DNA from: Pelagomonas calceolata
Lineage: Eukaryota
Assembly (NCBI GenBank): GCA_918797485.1
Contig: CAKKNE010000001.1
Coordinates: forward strand, 4,588,001 to 4,652,000
Direction of reading: 5' to 3'
Length of the DNA stretch: 64,000 bases
The notes beneath the pieces are model-generated. The model was not told where the DNA came from. It did no database searches and saw only the letters and a list, made by a program, of their open reading frames with translations. Shown here piece by piece: positions 31,801-42,205 of this stretch (positions are counted from its first letter, which is position 1; every line of letters begins with the position of its first letter). The position numbers were made by a program, and so were the translations under genes.

Positions 31801-34047
31801 GACCGCCCAACCACTGATGTCCTGGTCGAAGGCCGAGGCAGAGGTGAACATGAAGCCCATCTCATTGACGTTGGCAACGCTCCAGCCGCCAATATTCTGA
31901 TTGAACGACGAGGCGTACCAGAACATCCCGTACATGCTCGTAACGCCAGAGGTGTCCCACGCGCCGATGTCCTCGTTGAAGGACGCCGCGGCCGTGTTGC
32001 AGTACCCATATCCTGAGTGGTCATCAGGGCTTGCACAAAACAAATACGACATGTCCGTCACCCCTGCGGTCGCCCACGTAGAAATGTGGCCGTAGGTCGC
32101 CTCGGCGGCCGCCTGGTCGTCAAACCAAGCCGCGACGGCCGCCCTGATGTTGGCGTCCGTGACGTCGCCCTTGGCGGTCGGCCGCGGCGTCGGGCGCGGC
32201 GTCGGTTTGTCCGTCGGGCGCGGCGACGGCTGCGGCGAAGGACCAGGTGTTGTCGGCATGGACGTGGGCCGCGGCGTCGGCCATTGAGTAACTTTGCAGA
32301 GAGGCTTCGATCCGCCGTGTTCTTCTGGCACGTCGTACCAACGACCTGTCGACTCGACGCCCTCCGTCTCGCAGCAGTTCATAATGGCGTACCTTTCGTC
32401 GTTCCCCTCGTGATTATTCGGTTCCCAATCCTCCCAGTTCGAATAGCCCCAGGGGACGTAGTCGTAGTCGTCGCAGCCCGACGAGGTCCCCTCGACCTGC
32501 AGCTCAAGCACCCACTCGGTAGAGTACAGCTGGAGCGGCGCGTCGAGCGAGTTGCCACTCTCGGCATGATACGTGCTTCCGGTCTGGCTCGACGTCGCCT
32601 CGACGTCGCCGTTGATGAAAATCGACATCGCCGGCGCGTTGGCAGACGAAGAGAACACGACCGTCACCCAGTCGGTCGATTCCAGCCGTGAGTGCGTATC
32701 CCGGTGCCCCACAAACGCCATGCATGGGCCGCCTGCATTCTTATCTTGAGAGACCACGCTGTTGAGGCACATGTGCGTCGTATATTGATCGCTGTCGCCA
32801 AGCGTGAGCCACGCCACGACGTGCCCCTCGAAGTCGTACAGGGTCCAACCTTCAAGACTCCTTCCATCGTTCACGTCTTGAGCTCTGAATCGGAGCTCGG
32901 CGCCGTCCGGGTTAAAGTCGGACAGGACCAATTGTCTGCTCCCGACGGAGGCAATGTTACAGGCGTAAGTCACCTCCGAGTCGTCCACCCACTGCCACGT
33001 CTGGCTCTCCTTGGGCGTCGACGCGTCGCCGCCGACTTCTTCGAGGCCGATCCAGCACGACGAGTCGCCGCAGGCCTCGCGCGCCAGCTCGTTTTCGGTC
33101 GCGCTATGGATGGTCGCGATCTCGGCGCCTATGCTCTGGCAATAGGATTCGGCCGCTGCGTAGTCGCCCGCCTGGCTTCCCGCGACGAAAAGGGGGTTTG
33201 TACCCGGGCAGCACGTGTATTCACAGTCGTCCTCGGTCGGGTTTGGCGGCATCGGGGTGTAGCCGTTCGCGCATGTCGCCGGTTCGCCCCAATCCATCGA
33301 GGCGCAGCAGTCGTAACCATCTCCGCCATCGGTGGACGTGCAGTAGTCCGCGCGACAGCCGTTCGCCCACCTCCAGTCCTCGTACCAGTACTGGACGGCA
33401 AGCGCGTCGTTGCTGCATCCGACGGTGAGTACGTAGTTGCCCGCCGCGCCCGCGTCGCGCGCGTAGTCGGTGTCGCAGTCCGTCTCGAGTGTTTCGCCGT
33501 GATCCGAATAGCCGGTGACCTGGAGCACGTACGTTTCGCCGGCCTGGAGCGGCTGGGAGGTCCAGACGTCCTCGCGGGGCTCCTCGCGACCGTCGAGTGC
33601 GCGGCAAACGTCCTCGCCGGGGTCGTCCCACTCGCCGATGAGACTCACCGCGCCGGCGTGCGGCGCGGGCGATCGGAGGCAGGTGTCCGCCTCGTAGTCG
33701 ACGACGTCGTAGAGGTAAAGATATGTGTCGTAGTCGGAGCCGCACGTCGAGAAGTGGTAGTAGGCCGTCTCGGAGGGCGTGATCACATAGAAGTGGTCGG
33801 GCGCGTCGTTGCCCGAGAGCCAGTGCGCCGCATTGGCTGTGGACTCATGTCTAGTCTCACCGCACGCGATATTTTCGACGAACACGTCGTCCTCGAGTCG
33901 GCGGCCGCGCTCTTTCGGCGCGCTGACCTCGGCGACGAGGCGCTCGGCCGGGGCCGCGGCGCCTCCCGCCAGCAGCAGCACGCCGGCGAGGCGGCATAAA
34001 GCAGCCCCGGCGCCGCGCGCAGCGCGTTTTCTTTGGGGGCTGCGCAT
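28895..34047 (-). CDS. Single-pass receptor kinase: mosaic ectodomain (PPC-like beta domain, Cys-rich module, C-type lectin, DUF285/BspA-like repeats, SEA-like), TM, MLKL-like four-helix bundle, TKL kinase (intron 29615-29823; possible 35-nt intron 28864-28898)
   Basis: Signal-like N-terminus and TM CIAFILIVCVMLPLCCLCGIVYLC. Kinase motifs VALKK, HRDLKTLN, DFG and GTPAYMAPE. Exons join as KKMSL|VGITATK after introner removal. Confidence 0.85.
29615..29815. mobile_element. Introner element copy 2 (201 bp)
   Basis: CTGTGTGGAAA...TTTCCACACAG TIR. Perfect TSD ATGCCGAC at 29607-29614 and 29816-29823. Interior similar to copies 1 and 4. Confidence 0.93.
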
Positions 34048-34149
34048 CGCAATCGTGGTGCCTCGCGCTGGGATTGGTCTGGCTTGTCCCGATTGTGCCA
34101 CGCGGGCCTTTTCTCGCTTACTGGGAGCCGTTGGGCTGCCTCTGGTAGC

Positions 34150-34228
34150 AGCAACCCGTGAATCTGGCGGCAGCGCCCCAACAAGTGGTAGCTAGCAACC
34201 CGTGAATCTGGCGGCAGCGCCCAACAAG
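34150..34228. repeat. Tandem duplication of ~36 bp upstream of the receptor kinase
   Basis: AGCAACCCGTGAATCTGGCGGCAGCGCCC(C)AACAAG occurs twice with a 44-bp period. Confidence 0.85.
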
Positions 34229-34419
34229 CAGCTCGCCCTCAACTCCTCACACCAGCCGCAGCTTGCTAGTGTCTTTATTACAGGACGCGCGTGCTAACGA
34301 CTTGTCTCGCGGGCTTAGTGGCTTTCCTGATAATTCATCGAAGAGGCGTATGAAAAGCCGACGCGGGTGAAAGTGAGCGGTAGCAGCACCGTGCTAAACA
34401 TACCTATAAGAACCCCGGC

Positions 34420-36033
34420 CTACCGCGACACGGGCTCCGCGACGGGCTCCGCCGCCGGCTCCGCGGCGGGCCCCTTTCGCGCGGCGGCGAGGCCCGCGCG
34501 GAGGTCCGCGAGGTACGCGTAGTAGGCGTCGGGCCGCCACCGCGCTTCCGTGTACGGCGTGTGCGGCCCGATCAGGTCGCCGCCGCGCGAGAGGAACGGT
34601 CCGACGAGCTTGTCGAGCAGGTGGGGCAGCGAGTTCAGGAGCATGGGCGCCATGAAGCGCTTCGGGATGCAGGCCCACCAGACGAGGCCGCCCATCCAGA
34701 CGTGGCCCGCGCCCGACAGGCGCCAGCTCAGGAAGTGCTCCCAGAGCGCGTCCGGGAGCCGGAAGAAGCCCGTGAAGAAGTCGCGCAGCTCGCGCGGGTT
34801 CAGCACGCAGAGCAGCTCGAACCCAAAGTGCATGAAGTCCCGCTGCCGCCGGTCGTCCGCGGGCCACGTCGCGGCCCAGGCCGCCTCGGAGAGCGCGTCG
34901 AAGGCGTCTCCGTCGGTGTCGCCGCGCGCCGCCACGCGCCGCGCCTCCGCCAGCCGGGGGTGCGCCGCGAGCGCCGCGCCGACGCGCGGCGCGACTTCCA
35001 AGGCCCGCGCGACCATGTAGCCCGACGCGGGGTGGACGCACGACGCCGTCGCGCCGCATCCCACAACACGCTGCGGCACGACGGGGTCCATGCCGCCCAT
35101 GGGGATGGCCGCGCGCTCGCTCTCGAGGACCTCGAAGTGCTCGATGCCGTACGAAACAGATAGTCTTTTTCGAAGGCGCGCCTCGAGGTCCGCCGAGTCC
35201 GCGCCCGGTCTAGATACAAGCACCGTCTCCTCGAAGAAGATCTCGGTGTCGGAGATGGGCATGACGTACATGAACGTGGGAAAGCGCTCGTTCCGCTTCC
35301 TCATTTCATCGTCGCCGCCGATGTACTCGTCCCGATAGTCCATGAGCACCAACTTGTCGAGGGGGAAGGGGTGCTTCTCCACTTTGAGGAGCGCGCCGTA
35401 GGTCACCTGGTAGCCGGGGTCGAACGCGACGTCGTGTTTTACAAATTTCCTCCTAAATCCAGTAGCGTCGACGACGACGCAGGCGCGGACGGAGGAACCG
35501 TCGTCGAATTCCACCGCGGTGCCCTCGACGTCCACCGCACGCTTCGTCAGGAGCGTCGCGCCGCCCGCGGCGCACGCGTCGACCAGGCGCCGCTTCAGCC
35601 GTTTCCGATCCACGCGGCCGTAGGGCCGCTGGAGCGTGACGTTCTCCAGCGCGCCCGGCGCCGCGTCCTCGAAGACGACCGAGGACTCCGTCCAGACGAC
35701 GTCGACGCAGTCGTCGAAGCCGAGCGGTTCGACCTCGTCGATCCAGACGCCGTAGTTGTTCGGCCAGTCCCGCCCGAGCGCGGGGTCCGCGACGCACACT
35801 TTTAATCCGCGAGCGGCGCACTCGGCGGCCGTCGCGAGGCCCGCCGGGCCGGCGCCGCAGATGGCGACGTCGTAGACGTCGTCGTCATGCTGCGGCGCTG
35901 CGGCGCCGTTAGCCGGCGCACTCTTGAGGGCGGCGAGCCGCGGTCGGCCCGTCAAGGTGGTGCGCGGCCCTGGCGTCAGCGGAGCTGCAGCGGCAAGCAG
36001 AGTCGCCGCGGCGACCAGATGTCGTCGCCGCAT
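34420..36033 (-). CDS. LCYB: Lycopene beta-cyclase, plastid-targeted
   Basis: FAD motif DVAICGAGPAG; WPNNYGVWIDE, MDYRD, PTFMYVMP, FFEETVLV, VHPASGYMV. Confidence 0.9.
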   Translation of the reverse strand: MRRRHLVAAATLLAAAAPLTPGPRTTLTGRPRLAALKSAPANGAAAPQHDDDVYDVAICGAGPAGLATAAECAARGLKVCVADPALGRDWPNNYGVWIDEVEPLGFDDCVDVVWTESSVVFEDAAPGALENVTLQRPYGRVDRKRLKRRLVDACAAGGATLLTKRAVDVEGTAVEFDDGSSVRACVVVDATGFRRKFVKHDVAFDPGYQVTYGALLKVEKHPFPLDKLVLMDYRDEYIGGDDEMRKRNERFPTFMYVMPISDTEIFFEETVLVSRPGADSADLEARLRKRLSVSYGIEHFEVLESERAAIPMGGMDPVVPQRVVGCGATASCVHPASGYMVARALEVAPRVGAALAAHPRLAEARRVAARGDTDGDAFDALSEAAWAATWPADDRRQRDFMHFGFELLCVLNPRELRDFFTGFFRLPDALWEHFLSWRLSGAGHVWMGGLVWWACIPKRFMAPMLLNSLPHLLDKLVGPFLSRGGDLIGPHTPYTEARWRPDAYYAYLADLRAGLAAARKGPAAEPAAEPVAEPVSR

Positions 36034-36239
36034 CTCAAGGCACTGCACCGTATCGCTCCTGTTGGTCTACGCTGCTCTGCGTTGCCACGACTGCTGCAGA
36101 TGTCTTCGTCAAGTCGTGTGGGTTGTGAGTGAGGCCTAGTGTGTCACAAGTAGCTGCAGTGTCTCAACGGAGGCCGCGTACGACATCCGAGTCCAACTTG
36201 TGTGCGTGCTTAACCGCTACTCGGAAGTTAGAAAAACCA

Positions 36240-39233
36240 CTACGCCCGCCCCGTCCCGTCGAACGCGTCCAGCGGCGCCGAGTCGTGGAACGGCAGCGCG
36301 AGGATCGCCGCGTCGTGGAGGCAGGACGCGTCGGGCGTCGCGGCGAGGTGCGACGCCGCGAGCCCCACACTCAGGTCGCGCGCGACGAGTTGGGCGGCCT
36401 CCTGGCGCGCGAGGTCCTCGGGGCCGTCGGGCGCCGCCCAGACCGAGAGCACGTCGCCGGGCAGCGCGTCGGCGACGTCGAGCCGGTGCGCGTGCCAGGC
36501 CCAGGGCGACCCGCGCGGGTAGTACGCGTCGGGCTCGTCGGGCGTCGCCGTCTCGCCCGCGCGCGAGCCCGAGGCGAGGCCGTCGGACACGCCGCCCCCG
36601 AGCGGCCGCGACCGGACGAGGTGCCAGCGGAAGCCGACGGGCGCCGGGTGCACGCACGTCGCCCAGCTCACGACGAGCTGGCCCGCGACCGGCGCGTACG
36701 CGCGCCCGACGCAGCGCCAGGCGCTCCGCGGCGGCGGCGCGGGCAGGCAGGGCCGCTCGCGGCGCATCGTCGCGACCTCCGCGGGCGACCAGGCCAGCGC
36801 GAAGCCGTCGTCGGCCCCGTCGCGCGCGGCGCCGCAGGCCGCGCGCACGGCCGCGGCGGCGTTCAGGATCGCCCGGCCCAGAGCCGAGGGCGGCGGCGCG
36901 TCGGCCGCGTCCTCCGCGTCCTCCGGCGCGCTCGCCGCCGCCTCGCGCTCGCGCTCCGCCCGCCGCAGGGCCTCGCCGTCGACCTCGGGGGGCCGCGCGA
37001 CGAGGGGCCCGGCGCCGGCCGCGTAGCGGAGCGTCGCGTCGGGCGGCATGTCGCAGACGGTCGGCGCCGCCTCGTCGCCCGCGTCGTCCTCGCGGATCGT
37101 GATGGTGCGCGTCCGCCCGCCGCCGCCCGCGGACCGGCGCGTCACCTCGAGGCGGTCCGCCGCGCGGCGGGCGAAGGCCGCGACGTCCGCGGCGCGCGCG
37201 CCCGCGGCGCGCGCGCCCCGCAGCTCGAAGAGGCCGGCGCTCTGCGCGCCGGCCTTGAGCAGGGCCGCGCAGGCGTCCGCGCCGAGGTCGTTCCGGCCCA
37301 CGTTCACCGACGCCAGCGTCGGCGACCGCTTCAGCGCCAGCGCGAGCGCGCGCGCGCCGCGCTGGCCGATGCGGTTCGCGGACACGTCGAGCACCGTCAG
37401 CGACGGCGCCCGCGGCCCGGGCGGCGCCGCCGGCGCGGCCGGCGCCGGCGCCTCGCGGCCCGCCCGCTTCCGGTCCTTGGCGCCCCGGCGCGGCGGCGGC
37501 TTCTTCGCCGCCGCCTTCTTTTCCTTTTTCTCCTTCGCGGGCGGCGGTTTCTTTCCTTCGCGCGCGTCGCGGCGCGCACGCGCGAAGGCGTCGCGCGCGG
37601 ACGGGCCGTCGTCGGCCGCCCGCGCCGCGAGGCCGAGCTTGCGCGCGCGGGCGTCGCCGTCGTCGCGCGCACGCTTGTCGACCGCGAGGTCGTAGTAGCC
37701 GTCGGGCTGGGGTTTGCGCAGGGACCCGTCCAGGGCGGCCGCGAGGGCCAGGACGCCGGCGTCGCCGATGCCGTTGTGCGTCAGGTTTAAATACGTGAGG
37801 CCCGCCGCGCGCGCGTCGCCGGGGTCCGCGCCGGCGACGAGCGAGGCCGCCAGGTCCGCGGCCCCGCGGGGGCCGACGAAGGCGAAGGACAGGTCCAGCG
37901 CCGTCAGGCGCCGCATGCGCGCGAGGCTCTGGACGGCGTCGCGCGTGATTTGGGCGCCGCGCAGCGCGAGCGCGACGAGCGCCGCGAGCTGCGGCGCGCC
38001 GTCCGCATCGTCGAGGCTTATCTTGTCCAGGAACGCCGCGGCGTTCAGGGGCCGCGAGTCGCCGGAGGCTTTCGCGGTCGCGGTCGTCGCGCCGCGGCGC
38101 GCCGCCTTTTTGGGAGTTGGCCGCTTCTTTGGAGCGGCCTTTTTGGTGGGGGGCGGCGGCGGGGGCATTGATGATACGGCGTCCGGCGCGTTCGGGTCGT
38201 CGGGCAGGATGGGGTTGTCGGCGAGCGGGTGCCCGCGCGTCCGCCGCCCGAGGACCATGCGCCGCGGCACTTCTCCGTCCCGCGCGAGGCGCGGGTCGTC
38301 GCCCAGCGTGCACGTCACTTCAAACAGCTTCTGCAGGTGGCCCTCCTTGGACCGATTGTACAGGGCCTCGCCGAGCGCCGCGCCGGCGCCCCGCTCGCCG
38401 GCGAAGCCGTTGCCCGCCAGGCACAGCCGCTGGAGCCGCGTGCCCGACGCGCCCGAGGCGTCGGCGAGCGCCCGGCAGACCGCCTCGAGGCCCCGCAGGC
38501 CCAGCGCGTTGCCCTCCAGATCCAAGACGCGCAGCCGCTGCGCCGCGACGAACTCGGAGAGCGCCGGCTCGCAGGCGTCCGTCAGGTCGTTCTCCGCCAG
38601 GAGGGCGTGCGACACGGAGCACGCCTGCGGCGCCTGGTCCTCCGTCGCGGCCCGCGCGTGCACGCGCTTCACGAGCGTCGCGAAGCGCCCGTCGCCCGCC
38701 TGGGCGCCGCTCAGGTCCACGACGTCGTCCGCGCCCTCGTCCTCGTCCTCGAAGCCGCCCTGGGCGTCGGCCTGCGCCCGGACGAGGGGCCGCGACCGCG
38801 GCGCGCGCGCGGGCGGCGCCGGCGCGTGCGCGCGACGCAGGCCGCCCCTCGTCGCCGCGGCGCCCTCGGCGCGCTCCCGCCAGGCGTCGCGTTCGCGCTT
38901 TATGGCCTCATTCTCCTCGCGGAGCCGCTCCGTCCGCAGCGCGCGGAGGTCGCGCTCCAAATCCACGAGAGTCTCGATGCCCTCGGCCAGCTCCTCCTGC
39001 TCCTGCGACGGCGTCGGCGACGGCTCCCGGCTCGTCGACCGCGACCGCGAGGACCGCGAGCTGTAGTCCGAGTCGCTGTAGTCCGAGACGCGGCCGCGGC
39101 GCCGGTCCTTGCGGCCCTTGCGCTTCGGCGACGGCGTCCGGCCCTTCTTCTTGCCGGCGCGGCCCTTCGGCGACGGCGTGCGGCCCTTCTTCTTGCCGCC
39201 GCGGGCGGGCGCCGTCCGGGCGCCGCGCACCAT
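36240..39233 (-). CDS. RNI-like leucine-rich repeat protein with basic/RS N-terminus
   Basis: Repeats LRVLDLEGNALG, LTYLNLTHNGIGDAG and LTVLDVSANRIGQRG; 997-aa ORF with strong GC3. Confidence 0.8.
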   Translation of the reverse strand: MVRGARTAPARGGKKKGRTPSPKGRAGKKKGRTPSPKRKGRKDRRRGRVSDYSDSDYSSRSSRSRSTSREPSPTPSQEQEELAEGIETLVDLERDLRALRTERLREENEAIKRERDAWRERAEGAAATRGGLRRAHAPAPPARAPRSRPLVRAQADAQGGFEDEDEGADDVVDLSGAQAGDGRFATLVKRVHARAATEDQAPQACSVSHALLAENDLTDACEPALSEFVAAQRLRVLDLEGNALGLRGLEAVCRALADASGASGTRLQRLCLAGNGFAGERGAGAALGEALYNRSKEGHLQKLFEVTCTLGDDPRLARDGEVPRRMVLGRRTRGHPLADNPILPDDPNAPDAVSSMPPPPPPTKKAAPKKRPTPKKAARRGATTATAKASGDSRPLNAAAFLDKISLDDADGAPQLAALVALALRGAQITRDAVQSLARMRRLTALDLSFAFVGPRGAADLAASLVAGADPGDARAAGLTYLNLTHNGIGDAGVLALAAALDGSLRKPQPDGYYDLAVDKRARDDGDARARKLGLAARAADDGPSARDAFARARRDAREGKKPPPAKEKKEKKAAAKKPPPRRGAKDRKRAGREAPAPAAPAAPPGPRAPSLTVLDVSANRIGQRGARALALALKRSPTLASVNVGRNDLGADACAALLKAGAQSAGLFELRGARAAGARAADVAAFARRAADRLEVTRRSAGGGGRTRTITIREDDAGDEAAPTVCDMPPDATLRYAAGAGPLVARPPEVDGEALRRAEREREAAASAPEDAEDAADAPPPSALGRAILNAAAAVRAACGAARDGADDGFALAWSPAEVATMRRERPCLPAPPPRSAWRCVGRAYAPVAGQLVVSWATCVHPAPVGFRWHLVRSRPLGGGVSDGLASGSRAGETATPDEPDAYYPRGSPWAWHAHRLDVADALPGDVLSVWAAPDGPEDLARQEAAQLVARDLSVGLAASHLAATPDASCLHDAAILALPFHDSAPLDAFDGTGRA

Positions 39234-39522
39234 GGTTTTTTTGCTGCGCGTGCGAGGCCGCGCGCGACGCGGGCAGCCCCCGAGTTCGGCTCGACGACTG
39301 CTGCTCCCGGCGCAGCCGCGTGGGTGTTCCTGCTGCGGTCGTTTCGCGGCGCAAACAGCCCCTCGTGTGAATTTGGCAGCTAACTGGCAGGGTAGAGATA
39401 GGGTATCAGGGAGGGGGTAGAGCTAGGCCTTACGAGGCCTGGCCAGCTGGTTGGATGACCGGGTCCCGGCGGTGCTTCGACTACTGCCTTGGAGATCGGG
39501 ACGCTGTTTTTATTCCTACACT

Positions 39523-39981
39523 CTACCCGACCGCGCACCCCTCGTCGCGCCCAGCGGCCGGGCTCCCGTTCGCGTCGAAGGCAAGGCATCCCGCGCCCGT
39601 CGACGCAAACGTATCGTCGTACTCCGGGATGGCGCGCCGCGACGACTCGCGCGGCCGGCGCCGCGACCGCCGCTTCCGCGGCGATTCGCAGTCGTCGTCA
39701 ATGTCGACTTCGGCGAAAGGCGACAGCGGCGACAGCACGACGAGGGGGTCGGCCACCCCACTAGCGTATTTCTCGGCCGGCGGCGGCGCCACCCAGTCGT
39801 CAAAGGTCATCGGGCCCGGCGGCCGCCGCGGCGTCGGCCGCAGGACGGGCGGCGCCGCGATCGGCGGCGTTCGCGGCGGCGTTCGCGGCGGCGGCGGCAT
39901 CACGTACGGCGCGTCGGCGGGCGACGGCGGCGGTGCGCGGGGCACTGTCGCCATCCGTTGCGAGGCAGAGGGAAATATCAT
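39523..39981 (-). CDS. Possible small Pro-rich hypothetical protein
   Basis: GC3-biased frame only; low complexity. Confidence 0.3.
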   Translation of the reverse strand: MIFPSASQRMATVPRAPPPSPADAPYVMPPPPRTPPRTPPIAAPPVLRPTPRRPPGPMTFDDWVAPPPAEKYASGVADPLVVLSPLSPFAEVDIDDDCESPRKRRSRRRPRESSRRAIPEYDDTFASTGAGCLAFDANGSPAAGRDEGCAVG

Positions 39982-40180
39982 CTCCGTCGGCGCGCGTTCC
40001 TCACGCGCTGCGCTCCTCTGGTTCGCTCGTCATCCTTCGTCGCGGCCACTGTTCGCAGCAAAACGTCCTCAACGGAAGACATAAAGTGTGTTCGCATACT
40101 GTTGGCTAGCTGTAAGACACTAGCAAAGCAACGGCTCGATCGACTCGTTTGGCCCGCGTTTCACGTCCTACTGTTGCAAG

Positions 40181-42205
40181 ATGCCGAGGATCTTCGACAA
40201 GGACAACACGGAGCACACTGCGGAGGTCGAGCGCTGCGTAAAAGCCGCGAAGGCGCAGACGCCGCCCATCACCGAGTGTGCAGCGCTGCTGGCCGAGGTG
40301 CTGAAAAACTCGTCCATCGATTTCCGAACCGACACTCCCAAAAACAAAAGAAAAGTGAGCCGCTACATCCAAGAGAACTTCTGCACGGCGGCGGACATCG
40401 CCCCCCGCATCCCCGACTCGTGGCACAAGTACGCGACGCCGGCCTCGCCGCTCGACGAGCTGATTGTGCCCGTGCTGCTCGCCGGCACCATGATAGTGAT
40501 CGCGTACTACAGCTGCATGAAGGCGGGCATTAGATACGGGGTCAAGGTGCGCGACCGCGGCTCGATCGGCTTCGCGCCCGCGGCGATGAAGGGCAAGACG
40601 GACGAAGAGAAAGACAAAGCGGCGCGGGACGCGGCGCTCTTCGAGACGTTAGTCGCGCTGCTCATGCACCCGGACCACCAGGGCCAGCAGAAGTTCATCA
40701 AGGACCTCAAACTGAGGACGCGCGTCATGGCGGAGGTCAAGAAGCGCCTCGCGGCCAAGGGCGTCGTGGCGCCCATGATGGGCGGCGCGGGCAAGAACAT
40801 CGGGCCCGGCATGGCGCTCTCGCGCGACCGCAAGACGATCAGCGTCCGGTGGTTCGTGGACGGCGTCCGCCAGCCCGACGCGACGTTCGACTACAACACC
40901 GCGGGCCGAATCGCCGCCGCCGAGTTCGTCCTCAAGAATTGCGGCCACGCCGTGCGCCTCGCGCAGCTCGAGGAGAACCGGAAGGCCTTCGAGAACGGCG
41001 TCCCTCTCCACCTCCTCCCCCACAAGATCGGCCAGGCCGCCGTCGACGCGCGGGAGGGCAAGGCCCTCACGCTGCCGTTGTGGTTAGTGGAGTCGTCGGA
41101 CGAGTCGTCGGACGAGTCGTCGGACGAGGAGATGCCCGGCGCGCCCGACGACGCCGATGAAGAGGAGCGCGGCGCGCGGCCGCGGCGACGCGCGCGCGCC
41201 AAACCCGCGGACGGCACGGACGTGAGCGACGACGACGCGGCGCACGCGCGGCAGCCGAAGCGCGCGCGAGCCGCCCCGGACGTGGTGTCGCTGACCCGCG
41301 CCGAAGTCCGCGATTTATTGAAGCTCGTGCCGACGCCGCGGCGCGGCGCCACGGACAGCTCCGACTCGGACGACGACTCGGACGAGGGCTCGGTCTCGGC
41401 GCGCGACGCCGGCGCCGCGGACGCCGCGTCGCCGCTGCGGCGCGTCGTGGACCACGAGGACCTGCCGCCGTCGCTGCGCGTGGATCCGAGCTGGAGACGC
41501 GACGGCGACGCTTCTGATGAAGATGACGATAGCGACGACGACTGGGCAGTGTCTTTGGGTCCGCCGCTGGTCTTCCATCCCGCCTACGTGGCGTTGGTCC
41601 GGGCCGTCGATGCCAGGAGCCGACGGGACGACGAGCCCGGCGAGTACTGCAGAGCTACGCGCGACGCCGCGCCCTTGTGTGAGAAGTTGGAGCGCCTCCA
41701 CGCCGACACTCTGCGCGACTACGACATTTCGTTTGCGCGGAACTGGCAGTTCTTCTGGCCGTGCAACACGTCGCAGTTGTTGGGCATGGCCCACGTCGAC
41801 GGGCGTCTTTACGGCTATTGGCAGGAAGCGCTGAGCCTCCCACGGGAGCGGTGGCTCGACCACATTAACGACCGCTTCTGGGCCGACCGCGCGCTCGCGT
41901 GCCAGGTACTCCGGCGAGAGTACGGCATCGCCGACGACGTGGAGCTGCCCGAGTTGCTCTTCGGCGAGCTGCGCGGGTTGTGGGTCGTCGCCGCGATGTA
42001 CAATGCCGTAGAACTTCCGTTCTGCGCGCTCGTACTCCGGCCGCGCTCGCTAGACTGCCGCTGGTTTTCCCACGGCGCCGTCCTTGACCCGTATGAGGTC
42101 AAGCGCTACTACGGTCACAAGCGCTTCAAAGTCGTCACTGAATCCGTCGCCTACGCCGAGGGCATCCGCAAGGTCAAGGAACAGGCCGGCGTCTTAGGTC
42201 TCTAA
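40181..42205 (+). CDS. Hypothetical 674-aa protein with an AP2-like segment and acidic linker
   Basis: Long GC3-biased ORF. ISVRWFVDGVRQPDATFDYNTAGRIAAAEF loosely resembles AP2 DNA-binding domains. Confidence 0.65.
   Translation: MPRIFDKDNTEHTAEVERCVKAAKAQTPPITECAALLAEVLKNSSIDFRTDTPKNKRKVSRYIQENFCTAADIAPRIPDSWHKYATPASPLDELIVPVLLAGTMIVIAYYSCMKAGIRYGVKVRDRGSIGFAPAAMKGKTDEEKDKAARDAALFETLVALLMHPDHQGQQKFIKDLKLRTRVMAEVKKRLAAKGVVAPMMGGAGKNIGPGMALSRDRKTISVRWFVDGVRQPDATFDYNTAGRIAAAEFVLKNCGHAVRLAQLEENRKAFENGVPLHLLPHKIGQAAVDAREGKALTLPLWLVESSDESSDESSDEEMPGAPDDADEEERGARPRRRARAKPADGTDVSDDDAAHARQPKRARAAPDVVSLTRAEVRDLLKLVPTPRRGATDSSDSDDDSDEGSVSARDAGAADAASPLRRVVDHEDLPPSLRVDPSWRRDGDASDEDDDSDDDWAVSLGPPLVFHPAYVALVRAVDARSRRDDEPGEYCRATRDAAPLCEKLERLHADTLRDYDISFARNWQFFWPCNTSQLLGMAHVDGRLYGYWQEALSLPRERWLDHINDRFWADRALACQVLRREYGIADDVELPELLFGELRGLWVVAAMYNAVELPFCALVLRPRSLDCRWFSHGAVLDPYEVKRYYGHKRFKVVTESVAYAEGIRKVKEQAGVLGL

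Noticed and set aside
36129..39420. Long alternative-frame ORFs (553, 698, 450 and 417 aa) overlapping the LRR gene
   Set aside because: Explained by stop-codon scarcity at very high GC; the translations are Arg/Pro/Gly-rich with no motifs.
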